A stretch of 64,000 bases of DNA. It comes from Turneriella sp. Lineage in GTDB: Bacteria > Spirochaetota > Leptospiria > Turneriellales > Turneriellaceae. The position numbers and the translations under genes were made by a program. The notes under the pieces are model-generated. The model was not told where the DNA came from and made no database searches. It was given only the letters and a program-made list of their open reading frames with translations. Positions 20,147 to 30,055 of the stretch are shown here, piece by piece. Position 1 is the first letter of the stretch. The number at the start of each line of letters is the position of its first letter. The DNA is taken from NCBI GenBank assembly GCA_965279515.1, contig CBDIID010000003.1, positions 1,632,001 to 1,696,000 on the forward strand, given 5' to 3'.

Positions 20147-21148
20147 CTATTTAAGGCTTAAGACAACTTTCCCCTTTGCCCTGCCGGTTTCAAGATAAGC
20201 AAAAGCTTCTTTGAATTCAGCGAACGGAAACACACGATCGACGATGGGTTTGATGCGGCTGCTTTCAAACAGTTCGCCCAGCTGCTCCAGTTGCCTGCCC
20301 GAAGGCCTGACGAAGAGAAATGCATAGTTTACGCCGGCGCGTTCTGTGCTCCAGGTCTCGCGCAGACTTAGCAGGTAGCAGACGAATTGCAGCAGCGGAT
20401 TTAATCCGAACTCACGCGCAAATTTGGCATCGGGCGGGCCTACCAGTGAAATCAGATGGCCTCCGCGTTTCAGAACCTGGACAGCGCGGCTCGGGTTATC
20501 ATTGTCGACAGAGTCGAGAGCGATGTCGAAATCCCGGAACACATTTTCAAATTTTTGCGCCCGGTAATCCAAGACATGGTCTGCGCCGAGGGCACGAACC
20601 CATTCAACGTTATGTGCGCTGGTCGTCGTCGCAACCTCGAGCCCCATCGCCTTCGCATACTGTATCGCAAAAGTGCCTACGCCGCCGCTGCCGGCTTTAA
20701 TGAAAATCTTCTGGCCTGGCTTTGCATGGGCAATCTCAGTCAGCGCCTGGTGTACCGTCAGGGCATTCAGCGCCAGCGATACTGCTTCCGTAAGACTGAG
20801 ATTACGCGGTTTTAAAGCAAGATCACCTTCAGAAACAGCAGCATATTCGGCGAATGCACCCATGCGTTTTTTGTCGACGCTGCCATACACCTCATCCCCG
20901 GGTTTGAAACGTGTCACGCGGGCGCCCACGCGCACAACTTTGCCGGCAATATCATTGCCCAAAACCAGCGGCAAATTATAGTTCAGCATCGGGCGCATCT
21001 TGCCGTTGCGGATTTTTATATCGACAAAGTTTAGTGCCGCTGCATGCACTTCGACCAGTACCTCGTCAGGTGCCACTCCGGGCTCTGGAAGATTACGTAT
21101 TTCAAGGGCCTCGTTTCCACCATAGTTTTTTAGCACGATTGCTTTCAT
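20147..21148 (-). CDS. NADP-dependent oxidoreductase (MDR/quinone reductase family)
   Basis: PLVLGNDIAG, AGSGGVG, GRAKGKVV. Confidence 0.92.
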   Translation of the reverse strand: MKAIVLKNYGGNEALEIRNLPEPGVAPDEVLVEVHAAALNFVDIKIRNGKMRPMLNYNLPLVLGNDIAGKVVRVGARVTRFKPGDEVYGSVDKKRMGAFAEYAAVSEGDLALKPRNLSLTEAVSLALNALTVHQALTEIAHAKPGQKIFIKAGSGGVGTFAIQYAKAMGLEVATTTSAHNVEWVRALGADHVLDYRAQKFENVFRDFDIALDSVDNDNPSRAVQVLKRGGHLISLVGPPDAKFAREFGLNPLLQFVCYLLSLRETWSTERAGVNYAFLFVRPSGRQLEQLGELFESSRIKPIVDRVFPFAEFKEAFAYLETGRAKGKVVLSLK

Positions 21149-21255
21149 CGCGTGATAATAACTGACAAGAGAACATTCGACTTGTACAAACGTGCAAAAC
21201 GGCGGATTCCTGAATAAACGGTTTCAGGTATGTCAGACTTTCAGGCTGTTCTGTC

Positions 21256-22041
21256 ATGCGGCATCCCGAACTGCTCTGCCTCTGGGGCAATCGTGCTCTT
21301 TTTATGGGGTATTTGCCTGAATTCGGCATGCGCCGGCAGGGGGCTGCGGCGATCTGCGTGGGCCTTGAACGCGATCTTGAGATTTCCACAGACGAGCGCG
21401 AATGGATTACTTGCCGCACTGCGTTAACGCCTCCCCTGCTCAATCATGCGATCCGGTTTTCGGGCGGCTACTGTGCATTGCTGTTTATCGACACGCATGC
21501 GCAGGACCTGAAAACACTCGCAGCAGCGAATAAAGAACAACACCGTAATGGGCTATACGTCCCGCTGCTTGAAGAAGCGGCCTTGCTGGATATTCTGCAA
21601 CGGATATCCGGGACATCATCAGACGCCGGGCTTAGGGAACTCCTGAAAGAACTCAGCTTCGGCGAACAGCCAGTGCCAACGCCTATGCCAGACGGCGGCC
21701 TCGGGCGCGTCATGGCACACATGCTTGCCCGAATCTCTGAAAATACACCGGTGGAAGAACTGGCAGTCCTTGCCGGAATGTCGGTCTCGAATCTCGAACA
21801 TCAGTTCCGCGAACGGGTCGGCATTCCGCTCAGAATGTTCCGGAATTGGTTTCGCCTGAAGAGCGTTGTTTTATCGGTTTCTAAAGGGAAAAATTTAACG
21901 GATGCCGCGCTCGCCGCAGGCTTTTTTGATTCGGCACATTTTTCGCGTGCCTTCAAGGAAACCTTCGGCCTGCCACCCTCGGAGATTTTCAACCCCCGGC
22001 GGAATTTACGCTGGTTTATAGATACGACAGGCCCTGAATAA
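21256..22041 (+). CDS. AraC-family transcriptional regulator
   Basis: C-terminal double HTH, AGFFDSAHFSRAFKETFG; divergent from the oxidoreductase. Confidence 0.92.
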   Translation: MRHPELLCLWGNRALFMGYLPEFGMRRQGAAAICVGLERDLEISTDEREWITCRTALTPPLLNHAIRFSGGYCALLFIDTHAQDLKTLAAANKEQHRNGLYVPLLEEAALLDILQRISGTSSDAGLRELLKELSFGEQPVPTPMPDGGLGRVMAHMLARISENTPVEELAVLAGMSVSNLEHQFRERVGIPLRMFRNWFRLKSVVLSVSKGKNLTDAALAAGFFDSAHFSRAFKETFGLPPSEIFNPRRNLRWFIDTTGPE

Positions 22042-22048
22042 GCTGAAA

Positions 22049-22528
22049 CTAATTCGGCAGTTTACTCTGCTTCACTTTTTCAGCCAGTTGAGCCCGGTAT
22101 TTCTCAAGCGTATCTGCAAGTTTATCGTCAGCCAGCGCCAGAATCTGTGCGGCGAGAAGGCCCGCGTTCTTCGCATTGTCGAGCGCCACTGTGGCAACCG
22201 GAATTCCCGCGGGCATCTGCAGAATCGAAAGTATGCTGTCCCAGCCGTCGAGTGAGTTCGAAGACTTAACCGGAACGCCGATCACGGGCAAAGTCGTGAG
22301 CGAGGCCACCATGCCCGGCAAGTGCGCCGCGCCACCCGCGCCGGCGATGATCACCTGAAAGCCATTGTTTTTCGCCGCCTTCGCGAATTCAAACATCTTC
22401 TCTGGCGTGCGGTGAGCCGAAACAACTTCGGCATGCGCATCGACGCCGAGTTCCTTCAGTACTTCAGCGGCAGCCGACATGATCTTCCAGTCGGATTCAG
22501 AGCCCATAATAATTGCGATTTTTGCCAT
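22049..22528 (-). CDS. purE: N5-CAIR mutase
   Basis: [33 protein letters not shown]; start 22528 coupled to purK stop. Confidence 0.97.
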   Translation of the reverse strand: MAKIAIIMGSESDWKIMSAAAEVLKELGVDAHAEVVSAHRTPEKMFEFAKAAKNNGFQVIIAGAGGAAHLPGMVASLTTLPVIGVPVKSSNSLDGWDSILSILQMPAGIPVATVALDNAKNAGLLAAQILALADDKLADTLEKYRAQLAEKVKQSKLPN

Positions 22529-23643
22529 CAGCTTTTTACCAGCGTTTCGTATTGCTTCAGGAGACCGCCGCGCTCTCCCGTCAGCGTTATGTGGCCGAGC
22601 TTGCGGAAGGGGCGTAAATCCTTTTTGCCATACCAATGCACGCGCGCGCCGGGCATGGCATGGGCACGCGCGATCAGCGTCTCAAACTCGGCTTCGCGGC
22701 CGGCCTCGGGCCCCAACAGGTTCATCATCAGCGATGGCACTGTCGTATCTGCGGCACCCAGGGGGAGCCCCAGAAGAATGCGCACGAGATTGTCGTACTG
22801 GCTGGTCGCCGCGGCTTCAATGGTGTGGTGACCGCTGTTATGCGGCCGCGGCGCCATTTCATTGACGAGCAGCTTGCCCTCTTTCGTAACGAACATTTCG
22901 ACGGCGAGAAGTCCCCTGACGCCCAGGTGGCGCGCCGCACTCGTGGCGATAAACTCCGCGCGGTTCGCGAGATGTTGATGCATGTCGGCCGGGCAAATCT
23001 GGTAACTCAGGATATTGTGCATGGGATCAAAAACCATTTCAACGGGCTCATATGCGACGAAGGCGCCATCTTCGGCCGTTGCGATGACGATCGAGATTTC
23101 CTGGGCGATATCGATTTTTTCCTCGACGAGCGATTCGCCCTCGAAGGCGGATTCGAGATCGTTTTCGCTCTTGAGTACTTTGACACCGTAACCGTCATAG
23201 CCCGCTGTTGCCATTTTCTGAACGCAGGGGAAATCCAAACCGGCGCTCTTGAGTTCTGCGCGCGAATGGAAAACCCTGAAAGGCGCGGTCGGTATATGGT
23301 GTTTCGCGAGAAACTCCTTTTGCCGGCATTTATTCTGGATCGTACTCAGCACCTCACCCGAAGGAAAAACTCTTTTTCCCGCACTGGCAAGCCCGGTAAG
23401 CGCAGCGGCATTGACGTGCTCTGAATCGATTGTCACCGCATCGCAGGGGGCGGCAAAACGCATGACGGTGTCGAAGTCCAGGGCATCGCCCTGGGTAAAA
23501 TAACGTGTGAAGGAGGCCGCCGGTGCTTCGGGATTTTTGTCGAGAATATGGCAGTGCACGCCCAGGCGCATTGCTGCCTCAAGCGTCATACGCGCCAGCT
23601 GGCCCCCGCCGAGAATGCCGATGGTCTTCTGTGGGTTCAGAAT
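22528..23643 (-). CDS. purK: N5-CAIR synthetase; apparent non-canonical start (ATT 23643 or CTG 23640)
   Basis: [10 protein letters not shown] motif lies upstream of first ATG (23589); [23 protein letters not shown]. Confidence 0.93.
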   Translation of the reverse strand: MLNPQKTIGILGGGQLARMTLEAAMRLGVHCHILDKNPEAPAASFTRYFTQGDALDFDTVMRFAAPCDAVTIDSEHVNAAALTGLASAGKRVFPSGEVLSTIQNKCRQKEFLAKHHIPTAPFRVFHSRAELKSAGLDFPCVQKMATAGYDGYGVKVLKSENDLESAFEGESLVEEKIDIAQEISIVIATAEDGAFVAYEPVEMVFDPMHNILSYQICPADMHQHLANRAEFIATSAARHLGVRGLLAVEMFVTKEGKLLVNEMAPRPHNSGHHTIEAAATSQYDNLVRILLGLPLGAADTTVPSLMMNLLGPEAGREAEFETLIARAHAMPGARVHWYGKKDLRPFRKLGHITLTGERGGLLKQYETLVKS

Positions 23644-23704
23644 GTTAGTGCAAGGCTAGAACAGAATCACGGTGTATACGGAAAATAACAGCCGCGCTGG
23701 GCAT

Positions 23705-23853
23705 AAAAAAAGACGGCTACAGGCAGGAGAACCCGACAGCCGCCAATGTTCGGAGTTAAATTCAGCACACGGATGTGCCTACTCCGCCGCCGCTGCGGCG
23801 GAGACATGCGCCCAATACAGAGCAGACCTCGCCCTGTTCAGCCCGGTTCCCTC
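23705..23853 (-). ncRNA. structured RNA candidate, 6S RNA-like rod ending in a terminator-like hairpin
   Basis: 5' GGGAACC pairs with 3' GGTTCTC; apical stem CTCCGCCGC/GCGGCGGAG; 3' hairpin GGCGGCTG..TAGCCGTC followed by T7. Confidence 0.45.
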
Positions 23854-25081
23854 ATTTATATAATTTGTATTTTGCCATCGCGGTAACGAAGGCTGCCATA
23901 CGCTTCTTTTCTGCGCGGATAAATTCGTCGTAACTCAGTTCTTCGAGCAGGGCCTTGCGCATCGTGGTTGATCCGGTCTGCGCATCGAGCCCCTGCTTTT
24001 CGGTGAGATGATTTTTCAGCCATTCGTCTTTACCGTTCTTCACATGCCAGAGAAAGAACTCATAGGCGGCGCGCGGCGGATCGACCTTCGTCTCTGAGAA
24101 ATCGAGCTTATAGCCCGGCAGCAGTTTACCCTTGTGTTTGCCGCTATAGGCAAAAAACGGGTAGGGATAAAATTTCACGCCACCCATTTTGGGCAGCACA
24201 GCGTTAGCAAAATCAGGATGGCCGATCTGGCAGAACGGGTCTTTTGTGATACGGCCTTCTTCAATCGACGTCGCCTCAAAGAACACGGAAATCCAATAAC
24301 ACTGGTTCGCCCTGAGATGAGGCAGGTTCGGCGAAGGCGGATAAAAAACGAGGCCGCGGTGCGAATGCGCGGTTTTGGGTTTATACCCCGCCATTTTCTG
24401 GATATGGATTTTTATCTTCAGCTTATAATCGGCGATAAATTTGCGCGCGATTTCGGCATGCGTGAAACCCGGCATAAACGGAATCTCTTCTTCACCGACA
24501 TACGAAAAGTTCGTCTTCTGTGCCACCGGCCCCAACGGGCCCAGGTGCGACGCCGGGTTGGGTACGTCGATGAGGTAGAGCAGCTGGTCTTTGTCGGCTT
24601 TATCCATCGCGCGCATGATGCGGTTTAAGACCGTACGGTAGGTATAGGGCCTGACTCCGGAATCGGGCAAATCGAAGACAATCGCCTCGCAGCCGGCGAT
24701 TTTTTCCTGCAACTTCTCTACGGTCGTCAGATAGATCGTCTCTGGAGAACCCGCTTTGCTTTTGGTATTGCCATGATCATCTTCCTGTCCCGTCAGCCCG
24801 TGCTCGGGAGTAAAAAGATGCGCAAGTTTGATTTCATGTTTTGCCAGTTTTGCGCGGATGTATTTATCGGTCTGCTCCATGGCATCGTAGAGAAAGAAGC
24901 GTCCGAGCCCTGAGGCATTGGTGATAAAACAGACTTCCTTACCCTTGAGGCGTTTAAGGCCTTCTTTAAAGAAGATCTCCGCAGGCGTTCGCTGTGACTT
25001 CGTCTTCGCGGTACTTTTTTTTGCCGCGGCGGAAATCCCCCCTGAGGCCAGGGCCAGTATAACAATAAAAATGGTGCGCAT
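23852..25081 (-). CDS. exo-beta-N-acetylmuramidase NamZ / DUF1343 family
   Basis: Signal peptide; ITNASG, FTPEHG, FDLPDSGVRPYTY, PPSPNLP. Confidence 0.82.
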   Translation of the reverse strand: MRTIFIVILALASGGISAAAKKSTAKTKSQRTPAEIFFKEGLKRLKGKEVCFITNASGLGRFFLYDAMEQTDKYIRAKLAKHEIKLAHLFTPEHGLTGQEDDHGNTKSKAGSPETIYLTTVEKLQEKIAGCEAIVFDLPDSGVRPYTYRTVLNRIMRAMDKADKDQLLYLIDVPNPASHLGPLGPVAQKTNFSYVGEEEIPFMPGFTHAEIARKFIADYKLKIKIHIQKMAGYKPKTAHSHRGLVFYPPSPNLPHLRANQCYWISVFFEATSIEEGRITKDPFCQIGHPDFANAVLPKMGGVKFYPYPFFAYSGKHKGKLLPGYKLDFSETKVDPPRAAYEFFLWHVKNGKDEWLKNHLTEKQGLDAQTGSTTMRKALLEELSYDEFIRAEKKRMAAFVTAMAKYKLYK

Positions 25082-25162
25082 AGTATAGGGCTGCTAAAAG
25101 AGCGGAGGGCGATACGGCGACCATCAAGAACCTTGACGGTGTGTCTTAAGTGCGAAGATTAA

Positions 25163-26166
<1,004 letters not shown>

Positions 26167-26167
<1 letters not shown>

Positions 26168-26220
26168 GTCGGTCGCGAAGATGCCGTCCTAGCAGCGACC
26201 GACTAGGCGCATCCGTGCGC
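26167..26220. repeat. hairpin after ilvC plus GGA-loop mini-palindrome
   Basis: AGTCGGTCGC...GCGACCGACT 10-bp stem; GCGCA-TCCG-TGCGC (CGGA loop on minus strand). Confidence 0.6.
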
Positions 26221-26284
26221 ATAAGAGACTTTACGCCAACGGGGCTTCTCAATGGGGTGCTGAACGCCCCGGTGAGGGCCTCTT

Positions 26285-27721
26285 ATGGCTGAGGACGTCC
26301 TCAAACCCTTCAATTTTTCTCCTGAAATTATTGCGCGTATGCGTGATACGCAGGAGATCCCCGTTAACTTTTACAACGCCAACGGACAGGTGTTGATCCC
26401 CCGAAAAGAACAGGCTTCGGGTGATATGATCAATAAGCTGCTGCAGCATATTGGCACCGGCGTCTACTACCGCGAGGGCGACGAAGACAGGCTGGGGATT
26501 AAATCCAGCAAGAAAAACGAAGACGGCCTCAGCGACACCAACCTGATCTCTGAAAAACGTGTCGCCGAGATGACAGAGGCGACCGAGAGCCTTTTTAACG
26601 AACTTAAATTCGCTGCCTTCGGCGCGGTGCATTCGCAGAAGATGCACAGCCAGGTGAATTCCTTCATCACCGATTTTGAGCAACAACCCGATCTCATGAT
26701 AGGCGTAATTAACATTCTCGATTCAGTCAAAGGCGCCTCCACGTCCTCAGACATGTCGCAACAAGCGGTGAAGCGCGCCGTTGTGGCGATGGCACTGAAA
26801 TCACGTTCGATGAAGGCGATGATTAGTAAGGACCGGGGCCGCGGTTCAGAAGCGGTACAGCCGCTGATGATGAGCGGCATGCTGGCGCAGATCGGCAAGA
26901 CAAAGATGAATCTGCCCGAAGGTGGCACGCTCACCGCCGATCAGCGTGCCTATTTGAGAAAATATCCCCTGCTCTCATACCTGATGGTCGCGCATGAACC
27001 GAGTGTCGGGTTCGAGGTCAAGCGCCTGATCCTGAATCAGAAACGCACGCTGCCCGAAAATACCGTCACGAATAACTTTCCCGAATTCCGCTGGATGTCG
27101 ACGACGCTGCAGAACCTCGTCCAGGAGAATGATAAAAAAGGGAAAAAAGAAGTCGCCAGCGATATTCTGCGCCAGCTTGCCGCGTTCAAAGAATTCGTCG
27201 TCTATGAAGAAGATGTCAACATACTGAGCCTCGCGACAGATTTTGCCGAGCTGACCACCGATTCGAATCAGCGCGAGGCGAAAGATCCGATGACGGCCAT
27301 CAAACTCATTCTCAACACTTCGTATTTTCAATATGGTCCGAAGGTTATCCGCGATTTTCTCGACCACATCTCGATGTCGCTCAGCCACAATCAGAAAATT
27401 ATCAAAGACGGCGATCTGCTGATACTCTCGCTTGCCATGGCCAGCGGGCAGACCTATTTCGAAGTGGTGCGCGTTCTCGAAGTCGGCCGATACCAAAGCC
27501 GCGGTATGGTGCAGCGTCTCGGCGTCGTCCACATGACCGTGGTGCACGCCGATGGTCTGCACCACGGTGCCTTCCAGGTCGATTCGTTCCGTCCCGACCC
27601 GCGTAAAATCCGCATCAATCTCGGGCAGGATTTCCTGCGCCGGATCATCTATATTATCGATCCGGTTATCGATCCGCAGCTCTTCGAAAAAATGACGAAG
27701 CGCATTCAGCCCGCGCCCTGA
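26285..27721 (+). CDS. degenerate HD-GYP-like protein
   Basis: MLAQIGK..LTADQRAYLRKYP matches spacing of LLHDIGK..LTxxE..HP with ligands lost. Confidence 0.6.
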   Translation: MAEDVLKPFNFSPEIIARMRDTQEIPVNFYNANGQVLIPRKEQASGDMINKLLQHIGTGVYYREGDEDRLGIKSSKKNEDGLSDTNLISEKRVAEMTEATESLFNELKFAAFGAVHSQKMHSQVNSFITDFEQQPDLMIGVINILDSVKGASTSSDMSQQAVKRAVVAMALKSRSMKAMISKDRGRGSEAVQPLMMSGMLAQIGKTKMNLPEGGTLTADQRAYLRKYPLLSYLMVAHEPSVGFEVKRLILNQKRTLPENTVTNNFPEFRWMSTTLQNLVQENDKKGKKEVASDILRQLAAFKEFVVYEEDVNILSLATDFAELTTDSNQREAKDPMTAIKLILNTSYFQYGPKVIRDFLDHISMSLSHNQKIIKDGDLLILSLAMASGQTYFEVVRVLEVGRYQSRGMVQRLGVVHMTVVHADGLHHGAFQVDSFRPDPRKIRINLGQDFLRRIIYIIDPVIDPQLFEKMTKRIQPAP

Positions 27722-27723
27722 GA

Positions 27724-29685
27724 TTATCTTTTACGTTTGATTTCGCCGCGGATTTTACGGGCAATTTGTTCGCCCGTCAGGCCGCATTCTTTTTCGATAT
27801 CGGCAATGGAACCGTGGTGTACGACCGCATCGGGAAAGCCCAGCGCACGGTGTTTTACAGCAATGTCGTGTTCGGCGAGCAGCCGTGCTGTGAGGTCGCC
27901 GAGGCCGCCGATGAGTCCGTGGTTTTCGAGCGTAATCAGCAGCTTTTTTCCTTTCAGCGCTTTGAGTATTTGCGGCGCAGGCAAGGGTTTCAGCGAGCGC
28001 ACATCCATTACCGAGACGCCGATTTTCTCTTTGAGCAGAAGTTCGCGCGCCGCGAGGGCTTTTTCGGCAAATACACCTTCGCTGAGTATCAGCACATCCT
28101 TGCCCGGGGCTAAGACTTCTGCATGGAAGGGATTATAACGATTTTTTACCGAATTCCTGAGAATCGCTGCCGGTTCTGCGATCGCAAATTCTCTTTTCGG
28201 AAAGCGGATCGCGAGCGGCCCCTCATTATAACGCGCGGCGAACGCCAGCATACGTACAAGTTCATGCGCGTCGCGCGCCGAAAGGATTCTCATGTTGGGC
28301 AGCGCTGCCATGAAAGCGATATCGTAAAAACCCTGGTGTGTCTCACCGTCTTGCCCGACACAGCCTGCGCGGTCGATCACGAGGCGCACCGGCAGGTTCA
28401 TTAAGGCAATATCCTGCACGAGCTGATCGTAGCCGCGTTGCAAAAACGTCGAGTAGATGCAGAGAAAGGGTTTCAGGCCCGCATTGGCAAGCGCTCCGGC
28501 AAAAGTTGTCGCATGCTGCTCGGCGATGCCGGCGTCGAAAAAGCGCGACGGATATTTCGCCGCAAAGGGCTGCAGGCCTGAGCCTTCTTTCATCGCAGGT
28601 GTAATGACCGTGATCTTTTCGTCGTTCGTGCCGAGGTAGGTCAGCGTCTCGCCGACGAATTTACTCATACCCCACTGCGTCGCGGTTTTTGGCTGAATGC
28701 CATATGTCGGGTCGAAGATACCGACGCCGTGGTACTGTATCGGGTCCTTTTCGGCGAGCGGGTAGCCATAACCTTTTTTTGTAACGACGTGCAAAAGAAT
28801 CGGCTCTTCAATCGGCGGCAGGTGCCCAAGCACATTGACGATGCGGACAACGTCATGGCCGTCGATGGGGCCCAGGTAACGAAAGCCGAGCTCACCGAAA
28901 AACTGGTGATCGATCGCCAGCGATTTCATCGACATGCGAAAACGTTTCGCGAGGCGGTTAATAACCTTGCCGATCAGGGGAATTTTTGAAACAAGCGAAA
29001 TAAAGCCGCGCTTGCTGCTCTTGTAGAAACTGGTGTTGATGAGTTGCGTGAGATGGTAACTGATCGCCCCGACATTCTTCGAGATACTCATCTCGTTGTC
29101 GTTGAGGATAGCCAGCATCGGCGTACGCGCAAAGCCCGCATGGTTCATGGCTTCGAACGCCATACCCGTTACAATAGAAGCGTCGCCGACAATTGCAACG
29201 GCCGTGCGCGTTGCGGCGCCGGGTTGTACCTGGCCGCGAGCAGCCACGGAAGGCTTCTGTGCGAGCGGCGCCAGTTGAAATCCTACCGATTCGCCCATCG
29301 CCTGCGAGATCGCGGTACCCGCATGCCCGGTGTTATAGAGATCGTGCGGCGACTCAGAGCGCTTGGGGAATCCCGAAAGCCCGCCGGTTTTGCGGATGGT
29401 ATGCAGTTCGGCCTTGCGGCCCGTCAGAATTTTATGCGCATAACACTGGTGGCCGACATCCCAGCAAAAGCGGTCTGAAGGCGAGTTAAAGACGTAGTGC
29501 AACGCGACGGTGAGTTCGACCGACCCCAGGTTCGATGACAGGTGCCCGCCGCTCGCCGCGACACTCTCGAGAATAAAGCCGCGCAGGTAGTCGCAGAACG
29601 CAGGCAGATCGGTAATTTTCAGTTTCTTCAGCGCCGCAGGCGAATCGATGCGGGAAAAATCGGGTGTGTCAGCGGAACCGGGCAT
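27724..29685 (-). CDS. dxs: 1-deoxy-D-xylulose-5-phosphate synthase
   Basis: GGHLSSNLG, WDVGHQCYAHK, GDAS..EAMN, LNDNEMSI, GIAEQHA, DGETHQG. Confidence 0.97.
   Translation of the reverse strand: MPGSADTPDFSRIDSPAALKKLKITDLPAFCDYLRGFILESVAASGGHLSSNLGSVELTVALHYVFNSPSDRFCWDVGHQCYAHKILTGRKAELHTIRKTGGLSGFPKRSESPHDLYNTGHAGTAISQAMGESVGFQLAPLAQKPSVAARGQVQPGAATRTAVAIVGDASIVTGMAFEAMNHAGFARTPMLAILNDNEMSISKNVGAISYHLTQLINTSFYKSSKRGFISLVSKIPLIGKVINRLAKRFRMSMKSLAIDHQFFGELGFRYLGPIDGHDVVRIVNVLGHLPPIEEPILLHVVTKKGYGYPLAEKDPIQYHGVGIFDPTYGIQPKTATQWGMSKFVGETLTYLGTNDEKITVITPAMKEGSGLQPFAAKYPSRFFDAGIAEQHATTFAGALANAGLKPFLCIYSTFLQRGYDQLVQDIALMNLPVRLVIDRAGCVGQDGETHQGFYDIAFMAALPNMRILSARDAHELVRMLAFAARYNEGPLAIRFPKREFAIAEPAAILRNSVKNRYNPFHAEVLAPGKDVLILSEGVFAEKALAARELLLKEKIGVSVMDVRSLKPLPAPQILKALKGKKLLITLENHGLIGGLGDLTARLLAEHDIAVKHRALGFPDAVVHHGSIADIEKECGLTGEQIARKIRGEIKRKR
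29230..29274. repeat. GGA-loop palindromic element, in frame inside dxs
   Basis: CTGG-CCGC..AGCC-ACGGAA-GGCT..GCGG..CCAG. Confidence 0.55.
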
Positions 29686-29703
29686 CGCCTTGAGCAGCAA
29701 AGG

Positions 29704-29949
29704 TTACTTCAGCTCCACGGCGTTTTCGTAGATCAGAACAGGAATGCCTTCGCGGATAAAATAGAAAACACCGGTCTCTTTTTGCAAAAGACCCTCGGTC
29801 GCCGGCTGGGTAACTTCGGCGCCCGAAATCTCGCGGCATTTACCGGCCTTGACGAGCCCATTGACGCGCTCAAGCACCGCGGTGTCGGCCAGCGCGAGTT
29901 TTTTCTTAGAGCGGGGGCAGACCAGAATTTCGAGGAGCTCGGGACTCAT
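29704..29949 (-). CDS. Trm112-like protein
   Basis: MSPELLEILVCP...YFIREGIPVLI. Confidence 0.9.
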   Translation of the reverse strand: MSPELLEILVCPRSKKKLALADTAVLERVNGLVKAGKCREISGAEVTQPATEGLLQKETGVFYFIREGIPVLIYENAVELK

Positions 29950-29983
29950 GACCTCCAGAACAGGCGGCCGAAACACGTCGTCA

Positions 29984-30049
29984 ACCGAGGGCAGGATGCC
30001 TCGGGTGCGAGCTCGCATGGAGGCGATCTTTGCGAGCACCGAGGGCAGG
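29984..30049. repeat. intergenic GGA-loop palindromes bounded by a 12-bp direct repeat
   Basis: CCGAG-GGCA-GGA-TGCC-TCGG; TCGC-ATGGAG-GCGA; ACCGAGGGCAGG at 29984 and 30038. Confidence 0.65.
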
Positions 30050-30055
30050 GTTTGG

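Noticed and set aside
23688..23703. GCCGCGCTGGGCA as the 3' half of a ZTP riboswitch before purK
   Set aside because: Wrong strand for purK and no matching 5' aptamer half.
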